This document shows, in pieces, positions 28,254 to 37,415 of a stretch of DNA of 64,000 bases (positions within the stretch are counted from its first letter, which is position 1; each line of letters starts with the position of its first letter). Both the position numbers and the translations under genes were made by a program. The notes beneath the pieces were generated by a model. The model made no database searches. It saw only the letters and a list, made by a program, of their open reading frames with translations, and was not told the DNA's origin. The DNA is taken from the IMG/VR virus record IMGVR_UViG_3300042922_000643, positions 186,001 to 250,000 of that record; one strand, 5' to 3'.

Positions 28254-28439
28254 ATGCCAGGAGTTGTTATACTCACTATTGTTGTTTTCTTCTTCTGTTG
28301 CGTCGCAATTTTTAATTTGTTTGATGAAAATATCAAAGAATTCAACAAGGGAGTTCTTAGTACTATTGTCGTCCCGATTTTTCTTTCTATTATTTTCTCT
28401 GCCGTTTGGCAGTGGTTCGATTGGATTGGAGGATGGTGA
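28254..28439 (+). CDS. small membrane protein
   Basis: two TM segments. Confidence 0.55.
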   Translation: MPGVVILTIVVFFFCCVAIFNLFDENIKEFNKGVLSTIVVPIFLSIIFSAVWQWFDWIGGW

Positions 28440-28469
28440 TTATTCGCCATCTTTACTACATATAAGGAG

Positions 28470-29018
28470 TTGTTTGCTATGCCAAAAGTTGTTAAAGGAT
28501 CATTTGTCGCAATTGTAGCTAAAGATGCTCGTCCACTGTTTAAGGATCTTCGGTTGTCAGAAGAAATTCGGAATACAGAGATTCCCGTAGTCCTTATGAT
28601 TAATCGGGTAGACGGCAAGATTGGTTTTCCTGGCGGCACAATGGAAGAAGGAGAAACTCCGATTCAAACAGCACTGCGTGAAGTTGGCGAAGAAATCGGC
28701 ATCCTATGGGAACAAGATGACGCTGAGCTTGAGTATGTCGGTCAAACCACATATGAAGATGATCGTATTGATTTAAGTACGCATCTTTTTGTTCAGTTTG
28801 TTGATTATTCCGATCTCACATCTATCTGCGATGAGATTCGTCTCTGCGATCATTTTGGCTCTGAAATCAACGGATTTGTTGAACTCGGAATCTTCAATCA
28901 TCGTAAGGGTGGTTATTCTGAATTCTTGAAAAATAATTTCCCGCATACGGCTAAAGAACAACTAGAAATGCTGGTCGAAAAATACGGTCTTCTTGTCGAT
29001 CTAGTAAGTCCAGTGTAA
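28470..29018 (+). CDS. Nudix hydrolase, NUDT16-like
   Basis: LMINRVDGKIGFPGGTMEEGETPIQTALREVGEEIG Nudix box; DHFGSEING and EFLKNNF...AKEQL resemble NUDT16. Confidence 0.85.
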   Translation: MFAMPKVVKGSFVAIVAKDARPLFKDLRLSEEIRNTEIPVVLMINRVDGKIGFPGGTMEEGETPIQTALREVGEEIGILWEQDDAELEYVGQTTYEDDRIDLSTHLFVQFVDYSDLTSICDEIRLCDHFGSEINGFVELGIFNHRKGGYSEFLKNNFPHTAKEQLEMLVEKYGLLVDLVSPV

Positions 29019-29039
29019 AATCCTGTTAGGAGGAATCTT

Positions 29040-29249
29040 TTGATGATTAACGGGTACGGTTTTCTTACAATCATTGTTGTGTGTATAACGATTATTGTGA
29101 TGTATGAACAATTACAAAGCCGTAAAAAGTGGGAAGCTTATTATAAGCGCCCTCTTCCTCCTGGCGTTAAGTGGCTTAGACCTAATGGTACTAGAGAATA
29201 CTCGACTCAAAACGAAGAGGCACGAATAAAGGAGGATGATGACGATTGA
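29040..29249 (+). CDS. small TM protein
   Basis: N-terminal hydrophobic helix. Confidence 0.55.
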   Translation: MMINGYGFLTIIVVCITIIVMYEQLQSRKKWEAYYKRPLPPGVKWLRPNGTREYSTQNEEARIKEDDDD

Positions 29250-29662
29250 GTACAATTCATACCGCTGATGAGATTCAAGCATTATGCGATTATCTGCATG
29301 TAGGATTTGTGAACCATGATAATAAACAGGCTTTTTCCGATAGTGATAACATTATTATCGAAGATGAGACAGGAACTCCAGTCGCCGTCACCTTTCATGA
29401 ATTGGTAGAGGCCACAAAAGAGCCTATCGCTATTGATACAAAAGTCCGCCTGATCTTTAAAGACCATCAAGATGATAGTTGGCTTGTTGTACCTAGCGAT
29501 TTTGATAGTAGGGATACTCCCGAAGGATATCAAATTGCTCCAGGTTGGGGTATTGTTACAGGCTATGATCATGAAGACTCACGTTCGTATGGCGGTAAAA
29601 CCCCGATTGTCGTCGCTCGATTTATTTATGCAGGTTATGATCCTAAATATTGGAAAAGGTAA
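29246..29662 (+). CDS. hypothetical protein
   Basis: AAGGAGG RBS, 138 aa. Confidence 0.6.
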   Translation: MSTIHTADEIQALCDYLHVGFVNHDNKQAFSDSDNIIIEDETGTPVAVTFHELVEATKEPIAIDTKVRLIFKDHQDDSWLVVPSDFDSRDTPEGYQIAPGWGIVTGYDHEDSRSYGGKTPIVVARFIYAGYDPKYWKR

Positions 29663-29753
29663 GTGCTGTCGCCACTCTATTGCAGGGTGTGCGATTTTTT
29701 TTATAGAAATTGTGTTCCGAAAAGTAATTGACCACTACAAGGAGGAATGAATC

Positions 29754-30227
29754 ATGTATTATAATATTCGTTATGGACTTTATGGTATGATCGTCAAGGG
29801 TTCCGACGTTGTTGAAGCCATTCATAATTTCGTTAAAGATCGTGGCAATTATGCGGAAGGTAAAGGCGTCCTCTCTGAACTTGTTCAACAAGGTAAAATC
29901 CTCTACAGACGGGAAAATGACGTTCGTAAATATGACTGGGATGCACAAAAAGAGATTTCTGTCCCGACATATCGTATTGCTGAAATCTCTGGATATACTG
30001 ATTCTTCTTCGTGGATTAATATGCCGCCAAAGGTTGAAGAAATCGGAAGTAATAATCAGTCTTATCATGAAGGACATATTGTCAGCAAGGAATCATTCAA
30101 TGTCATTCATGAGCAAACGCTTCGTGGCCGTATTGACCTAGCACTTGAACGCGGAGACAAAGAACTCTTTACTATATTAAGTAAGGAGCTTTGCGAGCTT
30201 ATGCAGCCTAAGGAGGGCGCGATATGA
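29754..30227 (+). CDS. IDEAL-domain protein
   Basis: LRGRIDLALERGDKELFTILSKEL. Confidence 0.8.
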   Translation: MYYNIRYGLYGMIVKGSDVVEAIHNFVKDRGNYAEGKGVLSELVQQGKILYRRENDVRKYDWDAQKEISVPTYRIAEISGYTDSSSWINMPPKVEEIGSNNQSYHEGHIVSKESFNVIHEQTLRGRIDLALERGDKELFTILSKELCELMQPKEGAI

Positions 30228-30586
30228 AATATAATAATTATAAAGTTCATTACGGAAGTGATAGCTGGGCTGTTCAGGCTGACTCTCATGATGAGGCAGT
30301 CTTACATATTGTAGAATCTAATCCTGTTTTGAATCACTTTTTTGAAAAGGGAAAGATTCTTTATCGTTTTGAAGATTTCGTTAATGCTCGCGTAGCCGTA
30401 TATACTTCTGGGAATAAAGAACCAGGATGGATGTTCTTGAAGAAGAAAGCCAAGTATACGGATTTGGATCGGACGATTCTGGAGGCTACACTCCGCGGAC
30501 AGATCAATCGTGCTCTCGACACAGGAGACAAAGTGAAATTTATGGAGCTTACAAAACAATTAAACGATCTGCTAATTCTGAATTAA
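30224..30586 (+). CDS. IDEAL-domain protein, paralog of the previous ORF
   Basis: LRGQINRALDTGDKVKFMELTKQL; shares GKILYR. Confidence 0.8.
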   Translation: MKYNNYKVHYGSDSWAVQADSHDEAVLHIVESNPVLNHFFEKGKILYRFEDFVNARVAVYTSGNKEPGWMFLKKKAKYTDLDRTILEATLRGQINRALDTGDKVKFMELTKQLNDLLILN

Positions 30587-30597
30587 GGAGGATATCT

Positions 30598-31014
30598 ATG
30601 GAACATATTCGCAAGATCATTAACGAAAAAAAGAAATTGGAATGGAACATGTCCTTTATTGATAAGGATACTGTACACATCTTTCAAGAACCTCTTCCTT
30701 TCCGCAACGAACCAGACTCTATTTTTGTTTATCCTGAAAATATTGATGAAATGATCTTTACTTTGATTGCAATGCGTAATATGAAACTCCACAATCTTCC
30801 TGGGCCTATTTATACAATGGAAGGTCGTTACCTCGTTTGTGTTGTCGAATCTACCACGCATGATGGAGAAACTGTTGTTGTCACTGTTTGCGACAAGAAC
30901 ACCCTTAATGCTCAGGTTGGGGAAATTCATGATATTCATGGACTGGAACTCTCGCGATTGCGTACCTTGCATACAGGTGAAGAATATTTTGTTTATCGTT
31001 CAAAACAGGAATAA
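30598..31014 (+). CDS. family B-like protein
   Basis: ENIDEMIFTLIAMRNMK; ATG 30598 after AAGGAGG. Confidence 0.6.
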   Translation: MEHIRKIINEKKKLEWNMSFIDKDTVHIFQEPLPFRNEPDSIFVYPENIDEMIFTLIAMRNMKLHNLPGPIYTMEGRYLVCVVESTTHDGETVVVTVCDKNTLNAQVGEIHDIHGLELSRLRTLHTGEEYFVYRSKQE

Positions 31015-31030
31015 AGAAAGGGTGTTGTTC

Positions 31031-31441
31031 ATGTCTCCACTTACAGTTCTGGTTATTGCTACATTGAGCGTATTTTTTGGACTCCGTTCTTCGAAAATGT
31101 ACGAAAAAGGTAAGAAGGATGGTATCCGTCTTGCGAATCGTGAATCCAGTAAAGAAAAACATGCCCTCTTTTTGCAGGGACTTGAAATGTCTATGCAAAT
31201 TTCAATGATGGCCATGCGGCTCAATGAAATGAAACCCTACATGCATATTATCGACGAGTTGAATGAAGAGGCAAAAGAATCTGTTCATAGTAGCCTCCAA
31301 GACGCTCTAAACGGTAAGAGTAGAAGTAGTGAGTATGTTTCTGATGAGGCTGTAAAAGCACGTAGAGAGACAGCTAAAGAGACTTTGAAGAAAGTACATG
31401 AACAAATTCATGGTACTTCAGCCAGCGGATTTGATGTATAA
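31031..31441 (+). CDS. membrane-anchored hypothetical protein
   Basis: N-terminal TM, ATG 31031. Confidence 0.6.
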   Translation: MSPLTVLVIATLSVFFGLRSSKMYEKGKKDGIRLANRESSKEKHALFLQGLEMSMQISMMAMRLNEMKPYMHIIDELNEEAKESVHSSLQDALNGKSRSSEYVSDEAVKARRETAKETLKKVHEQIHGTSASGFDV

Positions 31442-31471
31442 CAATGCATAAATATACAGAGGAGGATCGTT

Positions 31472-32101
31472 ATGAAATTCCGCTTATTTCTGTTCAAAAA
31501 ATACTGTGATCACCCCAAATTATCGTTTTTAGCTTTCCCTCTTATTATGGCGTGTCTTCCAATGGATTTGGCTTATATGTATGCCTATATTGAAGGGAAC
31601 TTTCCGAAAAGAATTGAGCTTATGGCCTATCTACATAGAAATTATCGCAGATATATAAACTCCATCAATCTTGCTATGAAAATCAGCTGCTTTATGCAAT
31701 TGGGAGTGATCTCTCTAGTAACAGTCTCCTTTCCTTTGGGTTGGAGGGTGTTTGGCTTAATATCCATGTTGTCGTCTCTAGCATTATTGATTTTTACTTT
31801 TAACCTTCTTCACTGGATGAAAAAAGCGAGGGAAATCAACTCTTTTTATTACAATTTTTTCTATCATCAAAAGAAAAAAGAAGAAAAGAAAACAAATCCA
31901 GCGTCTTCGGAAAGCAAATTTCAAAAAGCGCTCCGTATTTTAGGAGTACCTTCTTCATGCACAGACTTAAGCGCTGTACGTCAGCAATATAAAAAGCTGA
32001 TGAAAATGTACCATCCCGATGTTTATAGAGGTCATGATGCGAATCAAAAGTCAAAGGAAATTATTGAAGCTTATCAACTGGTAGAAAAAACACTATCCTA
32101 G
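31472..32101 (+). CDS. membrane protein with C-terminal J (DnaJ) domain
   Basis: TM segments then ALRILGV...VRQQYKKLMKMYHPD...IIEAY. Confidence 0.85.
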   Translation: MKFRLFLFKKYCDHPKLSFLAFPLIMACLPMDLAYMYAYIEGNFPKRIELMAYLHRNYRRYINSINLAMKISCFMQLGVISLVTVSFPLGWRVFGLISMLSSLALLIFTFNLLHWMKKAREINSFYYNFFYHQKKKEEKKTNPASSESKFQKALRILGVPSSCTDLSAVRQQYKKLMKMYHPDVYRGHDANQKSKEIIEAYQLVEKTLS

Positions 32102-32281
32102 GAGGTATAAGTATGAAGAGCCGCTGGATTGATGATGCTGGAAATAGCTACACTATGCGTCCAGTTGAAAACAAGGGATTAGTTCAAATCGGCCAAGAAA
32201 TACTGATTGGAGTACTTATTGCTGTAGTTGCTGTCGGTGCTGTATTATTAGTTAGCGCGTTAATTTAGGGGGAAGATTACC

Positions 32282-32950
32282 ATGTCAACTGTTATGGAGC
32301 CCGTTGTGGAGCAGGCTTCTAATCCTGATGCTTTGTTCTTTGAACTTGTTGACTGCAAGGATGAAAATCGTCGTAAAGAAATCATTGATATTTTATATCT
32401 GCATCATAAAAATTTGGCATATTTCATTGTGAATAAAAGAATAACGGATAAAATATGTGAAAAATACCGCATGACGATGGATGAATTTTATTCTATCGCT
32501 TGCGAAAAGCTTTATCGTTGTATTCCGCTGTATGATCCGACCAGGAAAGTTATGTTTTCAACATATGCTGGCAGATCAGTAACATTAATTTTGCTTAACG
32601 TGTTTAGAGATTTTAAACATGTTGGCGAAACTGATACTCTTAATAAAAGTGATTCAAGTAGTGACGCTTCTTCTCAGAGCGAGGAAAAGATCTGTTTAAT
32701 CAAGGATTCTTTTGATTTATTAGAACAAACAGTCAATCGGAAAACGATACAGGAATTCTTCGATCACCTTTCCACTATAGAAAATCCTCGAAATGTAAAA
32801 GCTTACTACCTACACACTGTTAAAAGCATGACAATCAACCAGATCGCTGCCGAACTTGGTATGACAAGATCCAATGTGGGCCGCTTAATGCTCAAAATAA
32901 AAATCATAGCTCAGAAATACGCAGAAGAACACAATGTATTTGGGAGGTAA
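32282..32950 (+). CDS. sigma-70 family RNA polymerase sigma factor (sporulation/SigB-like size)
   Basis: region 2 (DEFYSIACEKLYRCIPLYDPTRKVMFSTYA) and region 4 HTH (MTINQIAAELGMTRSNVGRL). Confidence 0.8.
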   Translation: MSTVMEPVVEQASNPDALFFELVDCKDENRRKEIIDILYLHHKNLAYFIVNKRITDKICEKYRMTMDEFYSIACEKLYRCIPLYDPTRKVMFSTYAGRSVTLILLNVFRDFKHVGETDTLNKSDSSSDASSQSEEKICLIKDSFDLLEQTVNRKTIQEFFDHLSTIENPRNVKAYYLHTVKSMTINQIAAELGMTRSNVGRLMLKIKIIAQKYAEEHNVFGR

Positions 32951-33144
32951 GTATCATCTCTATTTTCTTTTTAATGGTAATCTGCATGATTATATCGGCA
33001 GCTCGGTTCTGTAGAGAATACAGCGAGCTGCCTTTTGGTCCGAAATTTCAGCTACTTTCTAGTATCCATATGTTTATTTCACTTGTGATCATTCTTGCTG
33101 GAGTATATCTTGGAGTTCATCTCCGACAGTAAGGAGGTATTGAA

Positions 33145-33333
33145 ATGAATGAGGGAGCGAAATACGAAGCGATGCTTAAATTATCGGCCGAAATGGTATT
33201 GTCCAAAGCTCTGATCAAATGGAAGCTAGAAAAACTGCTCCGAAATATTGATTCTGCTCTTGATACAGGTGATAAAGAAGCTTTCATTGTGTATTCAGAG
33301 GAGTTCAGGAGGTTGAAAGATGCTACAGTTTGA
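33145..33333 (+). CDS. stand-alone IDEAL-domain protein
   Basis: LLRNIDSALDTGDKEAFIVYSEEF. Confidence 0.8.
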   Translation: MNEGAKYEAMLKLSAEMVLSKALIKWKLEKLLRNIDSALDTGDKEAFIVYSEEFRRLKDATV

Positions 33334-33682
33334 TTTTGAAAATCTTAAACCTGTTGATTTTGAACTCAACCCGAGTATTCCGATTGGCACGAAAGTCATA
33401 CCTATTGATAAAAAAGTTGGATGTTCTTTAGAATATTCCGTTCTTGGACGTGCTAAAAATTATGGTAACGATCATCTTTATGTCGTGGGGTATAAAACAA
33501 TTCCTGGAATCTCTAAAAAGAATGAACGAGTCGTGGATTCATGTTTGACATATGTTTGTTTTCACAAAATGCTTGACTATAGCGATGGCGATTATTTCAT
33601 GTGTTCCGATTTGATTGTCGCAAACGATCTTAGCAATGCTTCAATTCTTCAAACTTTAAAAGATGTCGATGAAGGAGAGTAA
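33320..33682 (+). CDS. paralog family E protein with C-terminal motif
   Basis: PSIPIGTKVIPIDKK...GDYFMCSDLI; ends LSNASILQTLKDVDEGE. Confidence 0.75.
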   Translation: MLQFDFENLKPVDFELNPSIPIGTKVIPIDKKVGCSLEYSVLGRAKNYGNDHLYVVGYKTIPGISKKNERVVDSCLTYVCFHKMLDYSDGDYFMCSDLIVANDLSNASILQTLKDVDEGE

Positions 33683-33688
33683 TCAGAG

Positions 33689-34036
33689 ATGGATAATCCT
33701 AGAGGTATTCTTCCTCAAGACTTTGGTGATTCTCCATCTATACCGATGGGGACTCCCGTTGTCATCTTAAGTAAAAAATGGGGTGTCCCCCTTGTAGACA
33801 CTAAATACAGAATGTACTCAGGAGAAGGTCTATTTATTCTTTATGTGACAAGATACAGTCTTCGAAAATACTGGATTAACGACCAACAATATCAAGTGGT
33901 TGTCTACTCTTGTAGTGACAATAACGTTATCGGTGATGGTGGAGATCATTTTGTACGATCTGACCTGATGCCCGTGTCTGAAATAAGCAATGATGAATTT
34001 CTCTTTTTATTGAAGGAAGTTGATTCGGAAGCGTAG
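33689..34036 (+). CDS. paralog family E protein with C-terminal motif
   Basis: PSIPMGTPVVILSKK...GDHFVRSDLM; ends ISNDEFLFLLKEVDSEA. Confidence 0.75.
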   Translation: MDNPRGILPQDFGDSPSIPMGTPVVILSKKWGVPLVDTKYRMYSGEGLFILYVTRYSLRKYWINDQQYQVVVYSCSDNNVIGDGGDHFVRSDLMPVSEISNDEFLFLLKEVDSEA

Positions 34037-34049
34037 GAGGAGATGATCC

Positions 34050-34382
34050 TTGGCATTGGATTTTAGAAAACTTACCCCTCAAGATTTCTCCCAAAAAGGA
34101 ATACTTCCGATTGGTACTCCTGTTATTGCTATTGATAAGAGCTGCGGATGTACCCTTGACCTCTGTTTAAACGAATTTTATATGAAAGATAAGATTCCTT
34201 TAATTTACGTAAGCAAACATATGAAGTACCATCATTTTTCAGATGGAGTCGAAGCGGAAATGATTATATATGTTTGCAATGCGAAGAGCGATGAAAACTA
34301 TGGAAATTATTTTACCCGCTCAGATCTTATCCCTCTTGAACATATGAATAATGAAACTGCTCTAACTTTACTTGGTGAATAG
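34050..34382 (+). CDS. paralog family E protein with C-terminal motif
   Basis: LPIGTPVIAIDKS...GNYFTRSDLI; ends MNNETALTLLGE. Confidence 0.75.
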   Translation: MALDFRKLTPQDFSQKGILPIGTPVIAIDKSCGCTLDLCLNEFYMKDKIPLIYVSKHMKYHHFSDGVEAEMIIYVCNAKSDENYGNYFTRSDLIPLEHMNNETALTLLGE

Positions 34383-34498
34383 TTCCTGGTTTTTAGGGGG
34401 TGTGTGCCCTTCAGAGCTGGTCCCTCTGATTGTTTCGGCGACAGTATTTATGAGATACTGCATCGCCTAAAAGACAGGAGAAACAAGGAGGTAACGTT

Positions 34499-34756
34499 TT
34501 GAGTTTTCATAGCAAAGTAAAGATGCAACCTCATTACATTGAAGTTCTTCTCACTGGATGCATAGAACCTAGTTGGTGGTACCGTGGTTATATCGGGGAA
34601 ATATGTACACTCGATACCTCTAAAGTTGATGGTGTAGGCAAGTTGGCAGGTCATCCTATTGTTAATGGAGGTGGTGGCTGGATTGCTTTTTGTGATTACA
34701 TTGATCTGAACAATGCTAATAATGAACAACTTCTAATCTTATTACAAGAATATTAA
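34499..34756 (+). CDS. paralog family D protein with C-terminal motif
   Basis: CIEPSWWYRGYIG; ends ANNEQLLILLQEY. Confidence 0.7.
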   Translation: MSFHSKVKMQPHYIEVLLTGCIEPSWWYRGYIGEICTLDTSKVDGVGKLAGHPIVNGGGGWIAFCDYIDLNNANNEQLLILLQEY

Positions 34757-34788
34757 AAGGAGGGTATCAGCATGTAGGAGGTGAGTGA

Positions 34789-35046
34789 ATGGCTCGATAT
34801 ACTGGAGAATATTTACCTGGTTACGTCGATGTATTGATACTACGATGTTCAAAAGCAGAATGGTGGTATACGGGAAAAGCTGGTCAAATATTTACTGTTA
34901 ATACCCATAGAACACGTGGTCAAGGAAAAGAAGCAGGCTATTCTGTTTTAGATAGAGGCTCTTGCTGGATTGCACATGCCGATTGTATTCAACTTGGAGA
35001 GGGCATGAACAACTCAAACTTACTGCACTTATTACAAGATATTTAA
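34789..35046 (+). CDS. paralog family D protein with C-terminal motif
   Basis: CSKAEWWYTGKAG; ends MNNSNLLHLLQDI. Confidence 0.7.
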   Translation: MARYTGEYLPGYVDVLILRCSKAEWWYTGKAGQIFTVNTHRTRGQGKEAGYSVLDRGSCWIAHADCIQLGEGMNNSNLLHLLQDI

Positions 35047-35072
35047 ACCAACTCAAAGGAGAGTATGAAAAA

Positions 35073-35519
35073 ATGAAAACTCAAACGGAAACTAAGGTAG
35101 CTATCCATGCACGTAAATTCTTTGAAGACGGTGGAATTGACAAAAAGACCGTTCGCGTATCTGAAGCGAAGGTCCAAGAAGCCTCTATTCAGCTTTCTGA
35201 GGCAGGCTATGAAATTCTGCGTACTCAAACCGTTACGGTCAGTGCGATTTCTTATCTGTTCCGTGAAATAGCAGCGACACCAGAATATCCTGCTCAAGAA
35301 ATGCAATTGCTGGATCACGATGGCGAGTTTATCCTTCGGCATACCGTGTTCAATCCAGACAAGCCTGTTGTGAATGAGATTACGCTCTCCGAAAGCTTGA
35401 ATATCGTAGAGGCAAATGCAGCCTTTGCTGTGTATGCAAAAGAGAATAATCTTCCGCCACAGTTCCAAGCAGAAGATCTCACACTGTATACGGGTCACAC
35501 TTACGCATCAGTGTTGTAA
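35073..35519 (+). CDS. hypothetical protein
   Basis: AAGGAG RBS, ATG 35073. Confidence 0.65.
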   Translation: MKTQTETKVAIHARKFFEDGGIDKKTVRVSEAKVQEASIQLSEAGYEILRTQTVTVSAISYLFREIAATPEYPAQEMQLLDHDGEFILRHTVFNPDKPVVNEITLSESLNIVEANAAFAVYAKENNLPPQFQAEDLTLYTGHTYASVL

Positions 35520-35928
35520 AAATATGGAAGTTCCCGTTTAGATTCTAATAGGCAAGATTTACAGCTTATTTAGCAATCTTTAAAGGTTTGCAGCTACGTC
35601 GTAAAAGGCGAGAATAAACCGTACGTCCAAAAATGGACAGAGCTCGGGCCTTACAAAGCCACGCTCTGCGGCTTGTTAAGTTTTTTACGTTCTGCTCACG
35701 AGCACTGTAGCTGCTACCCGCGGCGAATGTCCTACCGTCCATTCTCTCGAACGCGCTGCTTCCTAGTTATGTTTTGCCGACTCTATTCTTCTTATGTTTA
35801 AACCACTAAAAGTTACTTGAGTCGGCGTTAGCAACAAAAACAACTGTAAGTAATACTGTCATACTATGATTAAAACGTGCTTTTTTAGCGAATAACACAC
35901 GGTTTTAAAAAGAAGTTGTGACAGAAAT

Positions 35929-36147
35929 GTGAACAAGAAAGGAGAGGGTGTAATGAATGCAAGAGTGTTCATTCTTCAGCTGCAAATCGTATTAACCTTG
36001 ACGAATACACTCATGTTTTTCGTCTACCCTTTGATTGGAGAATCTTTGGACTTGTTCTTCTTGTTCCTACTCGTTACAAGTTGGTGGATAACAATCTTCC
36101 ATAATCCCATAGCTAAAGAAGTGTGGGAAAAATGGCGTAAAAAATAA
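35929..36147 (+). CDS. small membrane protein
   Basis: two TM segments. Confidence 0.55.
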   Translation: MNKKGEGVMNARVFILQLQIVLTLTNTLMFFVYPLIGESLDLFFLFLLVTSWWITIFHNPIAKEVWEKWRKK

Positions 36148-36176
36148 CCTCTATCGTTACGAGGGGAGGTGAAAAA

Positions 36177-36512
36177 ATGACATCAATTCTTGAAATGACT
36201 CCGAAGGGTACGTTCAAAGACGGCTTTAACTTTGCTATTATGAATCATAAGTGGGCAATCACTAAAGTTATATGCCCCTTCTGTGAAGATACAAAGGATA
36301 AGCGTATGTGTCACCGCATTGATACCACAGAAGGAATGCTGGGCCGTGTAGTTCTCTGTTCAGAATGCGGCGCTGCCTTGTTCTTGGTATTTCAACCGTT
36401 ATTGGGTTTTGTAAGGCCCGTTCTTGGCTATTGGAAAATTAATAGAGAGGTAGGTGAACAAAATGGCATTAAGTCAGAAGGTGCTGGAAGGAATGAAGCA
36501 ATTCAGGGATAG
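36177..36512 (+). CDS. zinc-ribbon protein
   Basis: CPFC...CSEC. Confidence 0.65.
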   Translation: MTSILEMTPKGTFKDGFNFAIMNHKWAITKVICPFCEDTKDKRMCHRIDTTEGMLGRVVLCSECGAALFLVFQPLLGFVRPVLGYWKINREVGEQNGIKSEGAGRNEAIQG

Positions 36513-36840
36513 CCTTGCTGCTGAAAATGGGTTTGTCCTTGCAATTGTGGCGGAATCCGATTTCAATCAGAATTGTCTTTGTCCACATTGTAATTCTGAA
36601 CTTCCACCGCATCGGCTTGAAGGGATAATGGATTTACCGTCGCATCTTGGAGAACTGCTGCTTTGTGATGAATGCTTACAAGCTTTTGTTACAGTAGCGT
36701 ATCCGACATTGATGCACGATGAGTCACCCGTGTTCCTTAATGTTGTACTGCGAAAAGAAGAAGAATCTCCTCTTATCAAAGCTTTGATCAATGAGCGGGT
36801 TGGCGATATGATCGCTACCATTATGACCATCGATATTTAG
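36463..36840 (+). CDS. zinc-ribbon protein, paralog of the previous ORF
   Basis: CPHC...LGELLLCDEC vs LGRVVLCSEC. Confidence 0.65.
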   Translation: MALSQKVLEGMKQFRDSLAAENGFVLAIVAESDFNQNCLCPHCNSELPPHRLEGIMDLPSHLGELLLCDECLQAFVTVAYPTLMHDESPVFLNVVLRKEEESPLIKALINERVGDMIATIMTIDI

Positions 36841-36850
36841 AACAAACATG

Positions 36851-36882
36851 AAGACGCCTGTCTACGGATTGGCGTCTTTTTT
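36851..36882 (+). terminator. rho-independent terminator
   Basis: AAGACGCC...GGCGTCTT followed by T-tract. Confidence 0.75.
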
Positions 36883-36894
36883 ATTCTCCTGTTT

Positions 36895-36995
36895 TTGAAG
36901 GGGATTAAGAAGTTATACGCTCTTTGAACTTTCTTGTAACCAATCGCGGCTAAGGTTAGTTCATCTAAGGAGTCGAATCTTCTAATTCCCTTCAA
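36895..36995 (+). ncRNA. TATACG/CCGAA-family RNA cassette H
   Basis: ~17-bp outer stem; TATACG 36914-36919; TCGAA 36973-36977. Confidence 0.7.
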
Positions 36996-37020
36996 GAACC
37001 ATTATAAAGGAGGAATAAGA

Positions 37021-37377
37021 ATGTCATTGCTTGCGATTAGGCCCCAAAAGGAAAGACCGTTGATGCCAAAAGACTATTATAATCAGACTGCATCTTTATC
37101 CCTTAGGATGCTCTCAAATTTGTCTGACAAAATCGTATCTCTTCGCCAAGCTATGCGCGAAGTGGGTGTCAATGGAGATGCTGATGCTATCTACATTGAA
37201 CTCGACGGTACTGAACGTCTTTATTTCCATTATTTCAATCAGATGCGAATCGCAAGAGGATTTAAGCCGCTTGAAGGTGAAAAATTCTCGATGTCTCTTA
37301 GCTCTCAGCATAATCTTGATGCTATCACTGTATATGTTGACGAAGAAATTCGTTATGAATCTCTTCTTTTTAAGTAG
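37021..37377 (+). CDS. hypothetical protein
   Basis: AAGGAGG RBS, 118 aa. Confidence 0.65.
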   Translation: MSLLAIRPQKERPLMPKDYYNQTASLSLRMLSNLSDKIVSLRQAMREVGVNGDADAIYIELDGTERLYFHYFNQMRIARGFKPLEGEKFSMSLSSQHNLDAITVYVDEEIRYESLLFK

Positions 37378-37415
37378 GTTTTACACAGTATATAAAATCC
37401 AAGGAGGAATTACTT

